NCBI GenBank assembly: GCA_964016885.1
Contig: OZ024740.1
Location: forward strand, 378,386,001 to 378,450,000
Source: Eledone cirrhosa
Taxonomy: Eukaryota
Reading direction: 5' to 3'
DNA length: 64,000 nt
The translations under genes and the position numbers were made by a program. Shown here one piece after another: positions 25,859 to 38,017 of the stretch (positions within the stretch are counted from its first letter, which is position 1; each line of letters begins with the position of its first letter). The notes beneath the pieces are model-generated. The model was given only the letters and a program-made list of their open reading frames with translations, was not told the origin of the DNA and did not search any database.

Positions 25859-28087
25859 ATCATCATCATCATCATCATCACCATTTTACGTCCGTTCTTC
25901 CACGCTAGCATGGGTTAGACGGGTTGTCCTGTTGTGGGCAGTGTCTGGTCGGCTGACCATGCCTTGCTCATACAGGAACTGATATTGGCTTGATTTCTAC
26001 AGCTGGATGCCCTTCCTAACACCAACCTCATTTACAGTGAGTGCTGGGTGCTTTTTCGTGGCGCCTTCATGTCCACTTTACAGTGTGGGCTGGGTGCTTT
26101 TTTGCTGTGGCACCTCCACGACCACCTTGCGGTGGGGGCATATTGTCTATATGCTTCAGCTTGTACCCATGGGAGGTCTGGTACTCTGTATTACTGCGTG
26201 ACGCCAGAAGTCACGGTCGTGTGTCATTGCCTTTGAGAGGTGTAATTGGGTAAGGTCGGCTTTTATCACCTCATCCCAGGTCATCTTGGGTCTCCCCACT
26301 CCGCGGTTTCCATCAACTTCTAGTGCTCTGCACCTTTTTATGCAGCTGTCATCCTTCATACGCATCACATGTCCATACCAGCGCAACCGCCTCTCCTGCA
26401 CACAGCATTTCATTCCTCTTATGCTCAGTCTCTCTCTCAATTCATTTATGCTTTGTCGTTCACGTATATTACTGTTACACCTCCATCGGAGCATGCAGGC
26501 TTCGTTTCTCTCTAATCTACGTAAGTCTTCCACCTTCAGCGCCCAGGTCTCACTACCATGCAACATTGCTGTTCGGATACACGCATCATACAGTCTGCCT
26601 TTCATTCTGAGGGAGAAGCCTTTTGCAGCTAGCAGTGGTAGTAGTTCCCTAAACTTCTTCCATCCCGTTCTTACCCTAGTTATTGTACTTTCTGAACACC
26701 CACCTCCGCTGCTAATTCGGTCACCTAGGTAGCAGAAGCTGTCTACTGTTTCTACAGAGCCCTCCCAGAGATTGGTGGTACTTGTTTCCTGTGGCTGTTT
26801 GCTGCTTGCTGTCTCAGCACAGCTGCTGCATGTGAAGCCTACATTTTTAATTAAGCTTCCTGAGATCCCGCTACATCTCTTGTGTACCCATTGTTTGCAT
26901 TTGGGGCAGAGAATGGAGTTCCTACCTACACCTTTCCTACATACTGAGCAAGGCCATTTCCCTGAGGGGATCTGGGTTCTGTTTTCTCGTCTACTTACAA
27001 GGACCTTAGTCTTTGTCATGTTGACTTTGAGACCCTTTCTTTCTAGTCTCTGCTTCCAAGTTTGGAATTTATTCTCTAGTTCTACCATAGATTCAGCTAT
27101 GAGTGCGAGGTCATCAGCATACAGGAGTTCCCATGGGAATCCGGTCTTAAACTCCTCCGTTATTGCCTGCAGGACTATGATGAACAGGAGGGGGCTAAGA
27201 ACAGAGTCCTGGTGGACCCCAACCTGTACGCTAAATTCCTCGCTATACTCATTGCTAATCCTAACTTTGCTGACTGCTCCCCTATACATGGCTTGTACCG
27301 CTTTCACAAGCCATTCATCTACTCCTAGTTTTCTAAGAGCCCACCAGATTACAGCATGTGGAACTCTGTCAAAGGCTTTCTCAAGGTCGACAAATGCCAA
27401 GTAGAGTGGCTTACTCTTAGCTAGGTACTTTTCCTGTAATTGCCTCACAAGGAAGAGGGCATCAGTGGTGCCTCTTGCTGGTACAAACCCAAATTGCATC
27501 TCGTCTATTTCCACCCGGTCCCTAATCAACTGTGCTATAACTCTTTCTGTTACTTTCATGACCTGGTCCATCAACTTTATACCTCTATAGTTTCCTCTAT
27601 CTAGTGCATCACCTTTACCTTTGTAGCAGTTGAGAATGATGCTACTGCACCAATCTTTTGGTATGACACCTTTTAGTATTACCTGGTTAACAATACGTGT
27701 GGTTATAGTGTGACTTACAGACCCAGATGCCTTCAGCATCTCGGCAGCTATACCCGATGGACCGGTTGCCTTCCCCATCTTCATATCTTTGATTGCCTTA
27801 CTTACTACGTTGCTGCTGACTTGTACTGCTGGCCCCTCTATAGGGTCTACTTGGGGTAGGGTCTCTTCTTCCCATGCATTCTCCTCATTTAGTAATCTAT
27901 CATAATGACTCTTCCATGCATCTTTCTTCTCAGCATTTGTGAGGGCAAGCTCACCTTTATCATTCCGGATACACTTCTCTCCAATGACATCACAACTATC
28001 TCTGACACACTGCCTCGCAATCTTGAATACCTCCTGTTTCTGGTCCTCCTGTTTCTGGTCCTCACGTTGCAAAACATGCTTGAATTT
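25859..28087 (-). mobile_element. 5'-truncated RTE LINE, family A (RT, PHD, C-terminus, 3' UTR, (GAT)n tail)
   Basis: RT motifs KATGPSGI, YRGIKL, QFGF, FVDLEKAFDRV, YADD; no APE domain. Confidence 0.95.
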
Positions 28088-28285
28088 TCTATCTATATAT
28101 ACATATATATCTGTAAAAGCATGAAATAAAGTGTCTATATATACAAATATATACATATATATCTGTAAAAGCATGAAATAAAGTGTCTTGCTATAGAACA
28201 TGGTGCATCCTTCAATCCAAGAATCAAACTCACAACCTCTTATTTGCAAGCCCAATGCTCTAACCACTAAGCCATGCACTTTCAT
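26156..28285 (-). CDS. 709-aa open frame: about 65 aa from SINE/microsatellite fused to RTE reverse transcriptase with PHD finger
   Basis: ORF track; RTE homology begins at KFKHVLQ (about 28085); HQDSVLSP replaces the usual HQGSVLSP; expression unknown. Confidence 0.55.
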   Translation of the reverse strand: MKVHGLVVRALGLQIRGCEFDSWIEGCTMFYSKTLYFMLLQIYMYIFVYIDTLFHAFTDIYVYIDRKFKHVLQREDQKQEDQKQEVFKIARQCVRDSCDVIGEKCIRNDKGELALTNAEKKDAWKSHYDRLLNEENAWEEETLPQVDPIEGPAVQVSSNVVSKAIKDMKMGKATGPSGIAAEMLKASGSVSHTITTRIVNQVILKGVIPKDWCSSIILNCYKGKGDALDRGNYRGIKLMDQVMKVTERVIAQLIRDRVEIDEMQFGFVPARGTTDALFLVRQLQEKYLAKSKPLYLAFVDLEKAFDRVPHAVIWWALRKLGVDEWLVKAVQAMYRGAVSKVRISNEYSEEFSVQVGVHQDSVLSPLLFIIVLQAITEEFKTGFPWELLYADDLALIAESMVELENKFQTWKQRLERKGLKVNMTKTKVLVSRRENRTQIPSGKWPCSVCRKGVGRNSILCPKCKQWVHKRCSGISGSLIKNVGFTCSSCAETASSKQPQETSTTNLWEGSVETVDSFCYLGDRISSGGGCSESTITRVRTGWKKFRELLPLLAAKGFSLRMKGRLYDACIRTAMLHGSETWALKVEDLRRLERNEACMLRWRCNSNIRERQSINELRERLSIRGMKCCVQERRLRWYGHVMRMKDDSCIKRCRALEVDGNRGVGRPKMTWDEVIKADLTQLHLSKAMTHDRDFWRHAVIQSTRPPMGTS
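28165..28285 (-). mobile_element. SINE family B head and partial core
   Basis: CATGGCTTAGTGGTTAGAGCATTGGGCTTGCAAAT...GCAAGACACTTTATTTCA on the minus strand. Confidence 0.85.
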
Positions 28286-29722
28286 AGTATTTCTTTTTAA
28301 TATAACAACTAAGAGTGTTATAAATTATGGGCTTATAGTTAAATTATGTATTTTGTCAAAATGTGATTAATAATCGCTGGTATTCTAAGCATTAACATAA
28401 AGCTGTAATGTAAAAGTTAACATTTCAATTATAAAGCTATTTAGATATAAGGGTAGAAATAAGAGTGATACAGAAAGAAACTGTGAAGAAGATGTACAAA
28501 GACCAAAAAATAAAATAAAAGAAGTGACATATAAAGATGGGGATTGAAAAAAAGATAAAGAGAGGATAGAGGAAGATAGAAACAGAAACAAGGGGTGGTA
28601 AGAGGTAGACCATTTACTGCCTAAAAATAACAGTGAATACAATAGATAAGACAACATGATGGGAAAAGCATATATCAATGAGGGAGAAATGGTAAAAGTG
28701 AACCAGAAAGTGTAAAATGTATGAATGTGTAAGGTTCTAAATGAATAGAGTAAGAAAGAAACAGAAATTATGGAAAAGTAGACTGTATTAAAGTTTACAT
28801 GAAGATTGAAGAAAAAGGGAGAAAGTCATAATAAAATAACGAAGAAAAAGATAAAGTAAGGGGGTGTGTGGCATATATTAACAGTAGAGGGAGAACAGCT
28901 TAAATAAAGCAGACACATTCAATAATGGGCAAATTCGAGGAAAAAGTGAAATCCTTGTTTGAAGCTACAATTAACTAATAGAGAATCTTTGGAAGCAGAA
29001 CTCTAAATGTCATAAGGTATTTATAGAACTTCAAAATGTCTAAAAAGATATCAAAATAATTTTAAAGAAACTCCACCTTTAAAATTACAATATAATCAAC
29101 TTATTGGTAGAATCATTTTCTGTAGATTAATCTCAGTTTACTGATGATTTTTCAAATAGAGCCCATTCCTAAAATTTGATAAGAGTCCTCAAAATGAAAT
29201 ATTTTTTACTGATACATGTATGATCCTCATCCCCAAGAATAAGGTTTCGTAAATTTGACCACTGGCCACAGTATTTTAAAGTTTGTACCTTTGTCTTTCA
29301 GTCTTCAGTTATGATGTGATAGAAAGATGATGTTTTTCTCTGAGTTCTTAAAAGTATATATGTGCTGTATGTCTCTGTTCTCAAGTGGACATTTTGTTAA
29401 GCTTAAATAAATTCAATTAGTAATAATTGTTAAAGATTGTGATATCCATGGCCAATGGAGGTATACTTAAAAACATTTTTGCAATACTGGATGCCACAAC
29501 TATATTTAAAGGAGGATTAAACCGAGTAATGTTACACTTGCATGGTGTTAAAGGTACATTTTGTTACCTCATCCACCATCTTGGTCTATAATCAGATTTT
29601 GTAGTCTCACTCATGTTTATATATGGCAAAGTAGAAATGCAGCTGTCTATTTGGCTTATGTAACTGGTTTTCAGTGTGCATTTTCTGCTGATACTATACA
29701 CAAAAACACATGCCTGCACACA

Positions 29723-31013
29723 CGAGAGGGTGAGCTGAAAAGTTCAAAAGCTGACTATAAAAGAGTGATGATAGAGCTGTGAAATCTTGCATGCATAAAT
29801 TTCAACTCTTATTATTAATAACTGCATTGTTCCTTTCCAGGTAAACTGACATCTGACTGTTCAAAGAAGACTTCAAATGTAACTAGTAGCAATTTTTTTT
29901 GTAAATGGACAGAATTTGGCATTGTTGTGTTATCAAGTACCTGCTGAAAAAATAGTTTAGCCTCCAAAGACGTTCATACTGATTTGGTTGCTACATTAGT
30001 GGATGACATTCCAGCTTTATCAACAGTGCAAAAGTAGGCAGCTGAATTTAGGAGGGGAAGGGAGAGTCTAGAAGATGACCCAAGGTTTGGATGTCCTGCA
30101 ACTGTCACATCTGAGGAAAACCTTGTGTTCACCACATGGTGATGGATGACAGGTGATTGACTATAAATCAAATAGTCAGTGCTATTAGTAGATCCCATGC
30201 GAGAGTTGACTATTCTGCACAATGCACTTGGCATGACGAAGGTTTCTGCTCGGTGGATGCCACATCTTCAGACACTTAAATCAAAAGTGTACTAGGCTGA
30301 TCACATCATTAGAAAATCTGACATTGCTTGCTGTAGATTCAGCTGGTTTCCTTGAATGTTTCCTAACCCAGGATAAATGTGGGGTTCATCACTTTGAAGT
30401 AGGGACAAAGAGACAATCCATACAGTGGAAATACCTTCCCCACCTGCTCCAAAGAAGGCCAAGGTCATTTCCTCTGCAGGGAAGGTGATGGCCTTAGTTT
30501 TTTGGGTTGCAAAAGGAATTGTGTTTATTGACTATCTTCAAAAAGGCTACACCGTCAATGGAGAGTACTACACCAACTTATTGAGGCAGCTACGAAAAGC
30601 TATCAAGACTAAACACCTAGGAAAACTGATGAAAGCGGTTTTGTTTCATAAGGACTGTGCTCCCGAACCCAATTCCTTGGTTCAATGGTTGTTGTGCATG
30701 ATTATGGCTTTGAACTGGTTAATCACCCTCCCTATTCTCCTTATTTATCCCCATTTGATTATCATATGTTCCCCAACATGAAAAAACACTTGGCTGGGAG
30801 CCAATATCGCAGTGATGATAACGTCATATCTGCTGTTGATGACATTTTTGGCCAACAGGATGAAAGCTTCTTCACCAATGGGATTCAAACACTGCAACAC
30901 CAATGGAAGAAGTGTGTGGATAGAAAGGGGGATTATGTTGAAAAATAAACCTCATTTGGTCACATTCCATGAAAGTGTCTTGGTCAGCCTATGAACTTTT
31001 CAGCCGACACTCA
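29723..31013 (+). mobile_element. Full-length mariner element (about 1.29 kb) with imperfect TIRs
   Basis: Left GAGGGTGAGCTGAAAAGTTCAAAAGCTGAC; right (reverse complement) GAGTGTCGGCTGAAAAGTTCATAGGCTGAC followed by TA. Confidence 0.92.
29905..30948 (+). pseudogene. Mariner transposase pseudogene (resembles the irritans subfamily)
   Basis: MDRIWH start, RWMPHL (WVPHEL), KVMALVFW..GIVFIDYL, HPPYSPYLSPFDYHMF; stops and frameshifts. Confidence 0.9.
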
Positions 31014-32659
31014 TATATATACCTGTGTGTAATATAACTTATAAAGTGTCATATTGATCTTTTATACTTGGTGGTTGTTTCTATTTAAACCATGGAATTT
31101 CCATGGGGCCAGGTAAGTGTATATTAATCTATGTGAAGTAAACAGACAAACTATTGTTTTATTTGGTCTCTTGATTGTACACATGAATGGAGTTGAAAGT
31201 AAAAATATTTTACTCAAAATTTGATGATAAACAACATTGATTCCTCTTTTAGTTCTCCCTCTTCCACACACACACACATACACATACCATCCCTTTCCAC
31301 AGCATGATCAACATTTAAAAAAATAATTTCTCTTTTATCTCTCTCACTGCCTCACACACTGATGCTCTTACCTCCCCTTTTTCATAAAGACTTGTTACAG
31401 TGTGAAATAGAAAACAAATTCAGTATTGCTGCCACCACTGCTGCTCTCTCTCTCTCCCTTTTGCACACACTCTCTTATCACCCACTTTCCATTACATACA
31501 ATAACTTTAATATAATAGATATAACTACAAACTTCCAACATAATGTTGTATTGAGCTTGTTTATGTTTTTCTGCTACATCGTAAACAAAAACTACACACA
31601 CACACACAAACACCCTCAAACGCGCGCGCGCGCGCGCGTGTTAGTGTAATGATCTTCTAGATAACAATCACAAATATAAGAAACAAGGAAAACATATATA
31701 TTTGCATAATTTTGTATTTAAACTCATTGTACTTTAAAATTCTACAATAATGTTTAACATTTGCAAAAGTTCACAAACTTTGTTAGTGATTATATTCAAT
31801 TATATCTACTCAGTACTATACTGGTATTTTTTTTACTCATGGAATGGTGACAGACGATGTTGACCCTTGCTAGATTTGAGCACAAAATGTAAAAGGATGT
31901 ATATAAATACCAATAAAGCTTTTCATCACATACAATAGATTGTTTTGTTTTTAAAATACCACCCAAGCAAATCTAATTAGGAAAGATAATTGCTTTTTAC
32001 ATACTAAATTAATTTTAGATTTAAAATACACTAGTTGACTGGTTTTTTTTTATAATGTATAAATATGATTTACATCCGAAATTCATCCCATTTTATCCTA
32101 GCTAAACCATTTGCATCAGGTATATTATTGAAACGTCAATAACATATTTCATCATAAACTAAAATGATCTTTTCTAATGGCTACATTAACAAATTGAAAT
32201 AGTAATGGAAAATCTCAGACAAGAAATAACAGAACAAAAACAAGTGTATACAACATTTGTAAATGGATGTTTATATTATACTGGGAAGTTCTACGAAGTT
32301 CTTCCCCTTATCAAAGGAAAGTATAAAGATGCTACGATTTTAATATTTTTAGAAAACTAGAAACGTCAGACGTTAAGTTTTAATGATTTAGCTTATTGTT
32401 TGTAGGAAAGGTACGGATAGAGAATGTATTTAGTACAGGGACTAAGGGTTGTAGTGTAAACTAACAAAACTATACATGTTGGGTAGAATAAACAAATGTT
32501 CAGATCATAGAAGTTATTGTTGTGTCAGAAAAAGGTAAAAAACTGATTCAGCGTAATGTTGTGACTAGGGTGATGGTCACATTGTGGAGTGCTTGTTAGA
32601 TGGCATTTTTATTTAAATGAATTACTTGATTACATATCTTATGTGTGAGCATAAGGCAT

Positions 32660-32875
32660 CGTCTGTTTCTTAAAATTCTAAAATACCAAGAGTTAGTGGT
32701 AAACTACTTTTTCCAGCCTGTAGCATTTGAGACGCTTGGGAGAGCTGAGCCTCTGATAACAAAGTTCTTGTCAATTTTGGTGGCTCGTGGGAGCATTTTG
32801 TTGCTTATTCCAGTGCTTTGGCCTTGCTACAACTGCAGCAATGTTGCTAGTCTGTTTGCTTGCCTAAAAAAATGA
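32660..32875 (+). pseudogene. Relic of a restriction-like-endonuclease LINE C-terminus (CRE-like)
   Basis: KYQELVVNYFFQPVAFETLG...KFL then SNVASL, matching the KY..L...F.P.A.ETLG...QRGNA pattern. Confidence 0.6.
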
Positions 32876-33914
32876 TTTATTAGAGGGAAACTACAGCACC
32901 TCTCGTGGTGTGTGATTGAGTGTACAGGTCTTTGCCACTTTTTTAAAAAAATCAATTGTTTCCTTCCACAAATTTGTGACATTGTGTTCATGTTAAAAAT
33001 CGATATTCATATAATTAAATAACTAACAATAATAATAGAAATATAATAATTTTTTCTTTACCACACCTCAGTGAACATATATTGAAAAAAATACCCAAAA
33101 TCTAGATTTAACTTTATGAAGAGAACAGGCTTTCGTGAGCAAAAAGTATTTTTCAAATTTTGGTTATAGGATGTTCATGTTCATGTTCTAAGCGCTACAG
33201 ACACAATTGTTTCTAGAAATATTTGTATTTTTATGTTTTAAAATTTTACCAGGTTTATACTGACTTATTGCTAAATCTGTTGGATGCACTTAAGAAGGAA
33301 AAATAAATATACTAGTATAAGATAAATTAGGAGGAAAATACATGATATCTGACTTAAAGAAGAGCTGATTAGATGATGTCATCAGTAGAGGAGCATATAT
33401 ATTTACATAAATATACTGCATGTATGTACCTATAAGAGGTGTAAGCTGGTTGTTATGGTGTGAGTATTTGTGTATAGTTTTGAAAGGCGTTATTTGTTTT
33501 ATTTTATGTCTAGTGTGGTATGTATATGGTGAGTATGGTCAATGGTTTATGGATTAGGTTTGCTCTACTAAAAGCAGAATGAAATATAAGATTTTATTAG
33601 ATACTGAATATTTCCTGGACTAGAAGCGTCAGATATTAAATAAGTTGTATATATATATATATTCACATACATACACATTAGCAACACGCACACACGTTCA
33701 TACTGACAAAATGTTATTATGTTATTAAGTCCTACTGTTTTAAATTTATATAGTCTTGTTTATTTTCCCGCAAGAAATGGAGTGCTATTTATATTTAGCT
33801 TTTTGTTTTCTTTTCATATTTGTAAAAAAATCTATATATGTCTGAAAACTGTTAATGACAAAATTGCTATCAATTACAAAATCCAAATTATATAATACAA
33901 TTGACAATATTTAA

Positions 33915-35210
33915 AATAATAATAATGAAATATTGTGTACAGTGCTCAGGTGCACTACAACTCATCTAAAAGTGTATGTATAGTACATAGGGTAATGTAC
34001 AAACGTCAGGAAAATGAACAGTGCATGAGTCATGATATACACATGTGTGCATGTGTATGGAAGGGGACATCAGGTGTAGTTTTGGCAAATTTCGGGAAGC
34101 ATGAGGGTTTTAAAGGATGCAGTGTCTCGGCAGCTAACAACTGACGCAGGCAGTTTGTTCCATGCTTCAGCAACTCTGAGCGTGAAAAAATGTTTCCGAA
34201 AGTCATGGGAGCTGTGCTGTTTTCTGATTTTGTAGGCATGTCCACGTGTGTTAGACACATGGAGATCAAAAAGGTGCTCAGGGTTGTTGTTGGCGAGATG
34301 GTTAATAACTTTGTGGGTGTTTACCAAGTCCATTGCCAGACGTCGGAGCTTCAATGAATCCATGCACAGGGAAGCAAGGCGTTCAGAGCATGGTAGGTGT
34401 CTGATGGAGGGTATGCGCTTGGTTGCACGTCTCTGAACAGTTTCCAGGAGGTCAATGTTCTGAGCAAGATAGGGGTTCCAGACTGATGATGCGAATTCCA
34501 AGTGTGGTCGTACCATAGCTGTATACAGCTTTAAATAGATGGCTGGAGAGCGGCTAACAAAGGTCTTGCTGGGTGATGCCAAGACACCCTTGGACTTCTT
34601 GACAATCTTAGAGACATGCTTTGTCCAATGCAAATCGCTGCTGACGGTAATGCCCAGGTCACGTTCACAAGAGGACTTCTTGATATCAGTGTTGTGGAGG
34701 GAGTATGTGGACGCTGGATTTTTCCTCCCAAAATGCATGGCGGTACACTTGTCCACAGCCAGCTTCAGTTGCCAGTCTGTGTCCATTGCTGCATTGTGTC
34801 CAGGTCTGATTGTAGGAAAGAGTTGTAGATTTCAGGATCAGTCCTTTTGATTTCAAGGTACAGCTTGATGTCATCTGCATATTTCAGTACGGTGGCATTC
34901 TTTAAGTTGGCATCCATGTCATTAATATATGCCACAAACAAAAGGGGACCAAGAACAGATCCCTGTGGTACACCAGATGACATCTCATATGGTGAAGAAT
35001 GTTGTCCTAGAACCGTGACTACATCTTTTCGGCTGAGAATGAAAGATTTCAACCAGTTAAAAAGATCATCCCTCACACCCATTGCAGAGAGTTTTGCCAT
35101 AAGTCTTTTGTGTGGCACAGAATTAAAAGCCTTAGCGAAGTCAAGGTAACAACATCCACCCATGAGCCGCTGTCAGTGATACGGGTAATGTCTTCAAGGA
35201 ACTCGATAAG
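33915..35210 (-). mobile_element. 5'-truncated CR1-clade LINE (RT, 3' UTR, (ATT)n tail)
   Basis: LDFAKAFNSVPH, SGVPQGSVLGPLLF, YADD, ERDLG, RPHLEFASSVWNPY, FFTLRVAEAWNKLP; frameshifted. Confidence 0.93.
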
Positions 35211-35667
35211 TTGATCACTCGATAAACTGAAACAGTTGTGTATCGTATTTGTATCTTTATTTTTTAATACACGATGATAGAATTTGTGTAATATGATGAA
35301 CATACCGATTTTTCCATTTACACCGACACAAAACCATAAAGTTCGAGGCATGGAGAAGCTGCTTATAGTGGGTTACTCCCCTTAATTCAATGATAACTAA
35401 CATTTTCAGAGTCACCTCCCTTGGATTTATGTAGCACTTAGTATAATACTTTTTTTTGTTTGACTGAGGAAATTTTGAGTTAATATATCTTTTATGAATA
35501 TTTTTGTAAAGCAGAAAAACCAACCTTTCGTTATATTAGTGCGGTTATTATTCCATCTGAAAACTTGTCAGTTAGTAACTGTAGGAACGGCTTTCATAGG
35601 GATGCAGTTTTGAAGTAGTAAGAACCTCTTTTATACTAAGAACAGAGTTACAAATTATAATAATAAT

Positions 35668-36047
35668 TATTTCTACTTTTGGCACAAGGCCAGAAATTAC
35701 CCAGTGCATTACTGGTACTTTATTTTATCGACCTTGTAAGGATGAAAGGCAAAGTTAACTTCGACGGGATTTGAACTCAGACCATAAAGGGCCGTAACTC
35801 TTTGCTGCAAAGCATGGCTCCGACCCTCTACCGATACTGCCAATCCAAAATTATAATAATATTTCTACTTTTGGCACAAGGACAGCAATTACCCCAGTTA
35901 ATTACTGGTGCTTTATTTTATCGATCTCGTAAGGATGAAAGGCAAAGTTAACCTCGACTGATTTCAAACTCAGGGCGTAAAGGGCCATAACTCTATGCTG
36001 CACAGCATGGTGTCTGACGCTCTACCAATACTGCCAAACGACCACCC
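35668..36047 (-). mobile_element. Tandem dimer of SINE family A
   Basis: Two head-to-tail copies (about 35668-35847 and 35861-36047), each with AAGGATGAAAGGCAAAGTTAAC. Confidence 0.85.
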
Positions 36048-36922
36048 TATAATGATAACGAAAATGATTGTGCACAGTGTTCAGGTGCAATACAAACGAT
36101 GGTTTTAGATGATAATTAGTTCTAAATGATAATTAATGAACTGGACATGAGGCTGAAAGAATAAGAAATGATGAAGGCAGTCCTACTTTTAGCATGTAGG
36201 GATTAGATTAAAGATATTATTTGATAGTAATTACAATTCAGTATACTTTGTTTGAGAGAAAATACTTGTGATATGGCTAGAAAATGACAATATAAAACAT
36301 AAGAAGTAGATAAAGCAAGTGAATGGTAAATAGCAAACAATGGCCATTATAACTAGATTAATAAAAATCCATGCATATATAACAAGTTTGAAATAGTATG
36401 AAACTTTGATATGGGAATATACAAAGATGCATCCCTACTCGTCACATGCCTACAACTTACCAGTCTGGTTCTTCTCATCATTTTGGTTGTAGACTAGGTG
36501 GTATCCAGTTCGAACCAAATATAGATGCCGATGCACTATTTGATATACATCAAAGCTAGAAGAGAAGAATTGTAAAATATTTGAAACATTTGATTGAATA
36601 TTTCACTGACGGATTATTTTCTGCTTTTAAAATTTCAGTGGCTTCTTAGAAATATCTAAATTAATGTCTTATTTCCCAGAAAATCCATAAGAAAAGAAAA
36701 TTCACATTTAATGACCTTAACATTGTTTATATATTAATATACTGTAAGTCTGTTGTATATATATATTCATGCATACGTAAGTTTCAATTTTGCAACTCTA
36801 CTGGAGTAGTTTGAATTAATATTTTGGGTGTGAATAAATGTAGAATTATTAGTTCTGCTATACTGAAAATGATTAAACTTCTCAAATGTAAACATAATAA
36901 CTGTATTGACTACTAAATCATT

Positions 36923-37039
<117 letters not shown>

Positions 37040-37599
37040 CAGTTAAATAATAGCTTTGAACATAATAGTGGAAAATGCTGTTAAATAAATCTGTATGATA
37101 CTTTGAAAATTTATTTTTTGTTAAAGTTTATGCTAATTTATGAACTTAGTTTCAAGATTTTTATTGTCCCTATTGATAGTATAACTATTTTTATACCAAA
37201 GGGCCCCTAGCCCTATGATACAAGGCTATTTGTTTTAAAGTGTATATATTTATAAAAAAACCTGTTATCATATCTTCGTGTAAGAACTTTTATTAAGTTA
37301 TGTTTCAAACACCACTTTAATAATGAGAAAGTTAGTTATTTCCCTTCAAATTTTGATTATTTAAAAAATTGTTTTAAAATCATAGAAAGTGCCTTTCAAT
37401 AGAAATACATATGATGAAGAAAAGAATAAAGGTAACTGTTATTTTCTTTATTCTTTATCCTTTTTTATTTTTGTAGTTTTTTTAATGAAGGGGAATGTTT
37501 TTGTAAAATATAAAGGTCAATATCTAATGATCATGAATTGATGAAGTTATTGGCATATATATTCTATACATTATAGATAGAGATGTCCAATTGAATTAG

Positions 37600-38017
37600 A
37601 TAATAATGATAATAATAATGAAAATTATTGAGTCCAGTGCTCAGGTGCACTACACCTCATTTAAATCTTTAATAATGTACAAATGTCAGGAAAGTGAATA
37701 ATGTATGAGTCATGATATACACACAGACACACGTGCATGTATAGAAGGGGGATATCAGGTGTATTGTTGGCGAATTTCAGGGAGCATGGAAGTTTTGAAA
37801 GATGCAGTGTCCCGACAGCTAACAATTGATAGAGGTAGTTTGTTCTGTGCTTCAGCAACTCTAAGCCTGAAAAATGTTTCCGAAAGTCATGGAAGCTGTA
37901 CTGTTTTCTGATTTTGTAAGCATGTTAAAGATATGGAATTCAAAAAGGTGCTCAGGGTTGTTGTTGGAAAGATGGTTAATAATCTTGTGGGTGTCTACCA
38001 AGTCAGTTGCCAGACAA
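37600..38017 (-). mobile_element. CR1 3' fragment, same family as 33915-35210
   Basis: CAGTGCTCAGGTGCACTACA terminus and shared C-terminal coding region. Confidence 0.85.

Noticed and set aside
26286-27404. ORFs of 148 and 210 aa on the + strand (and equivalents at 52427-52873 and 63497-63919)
   Set aside because: Antisense shadows of the RTE reading frame
29300-29330. CTGAAGA-CT-GAAA on the minus strand
   Set aside because: No stem II or stem III pairing
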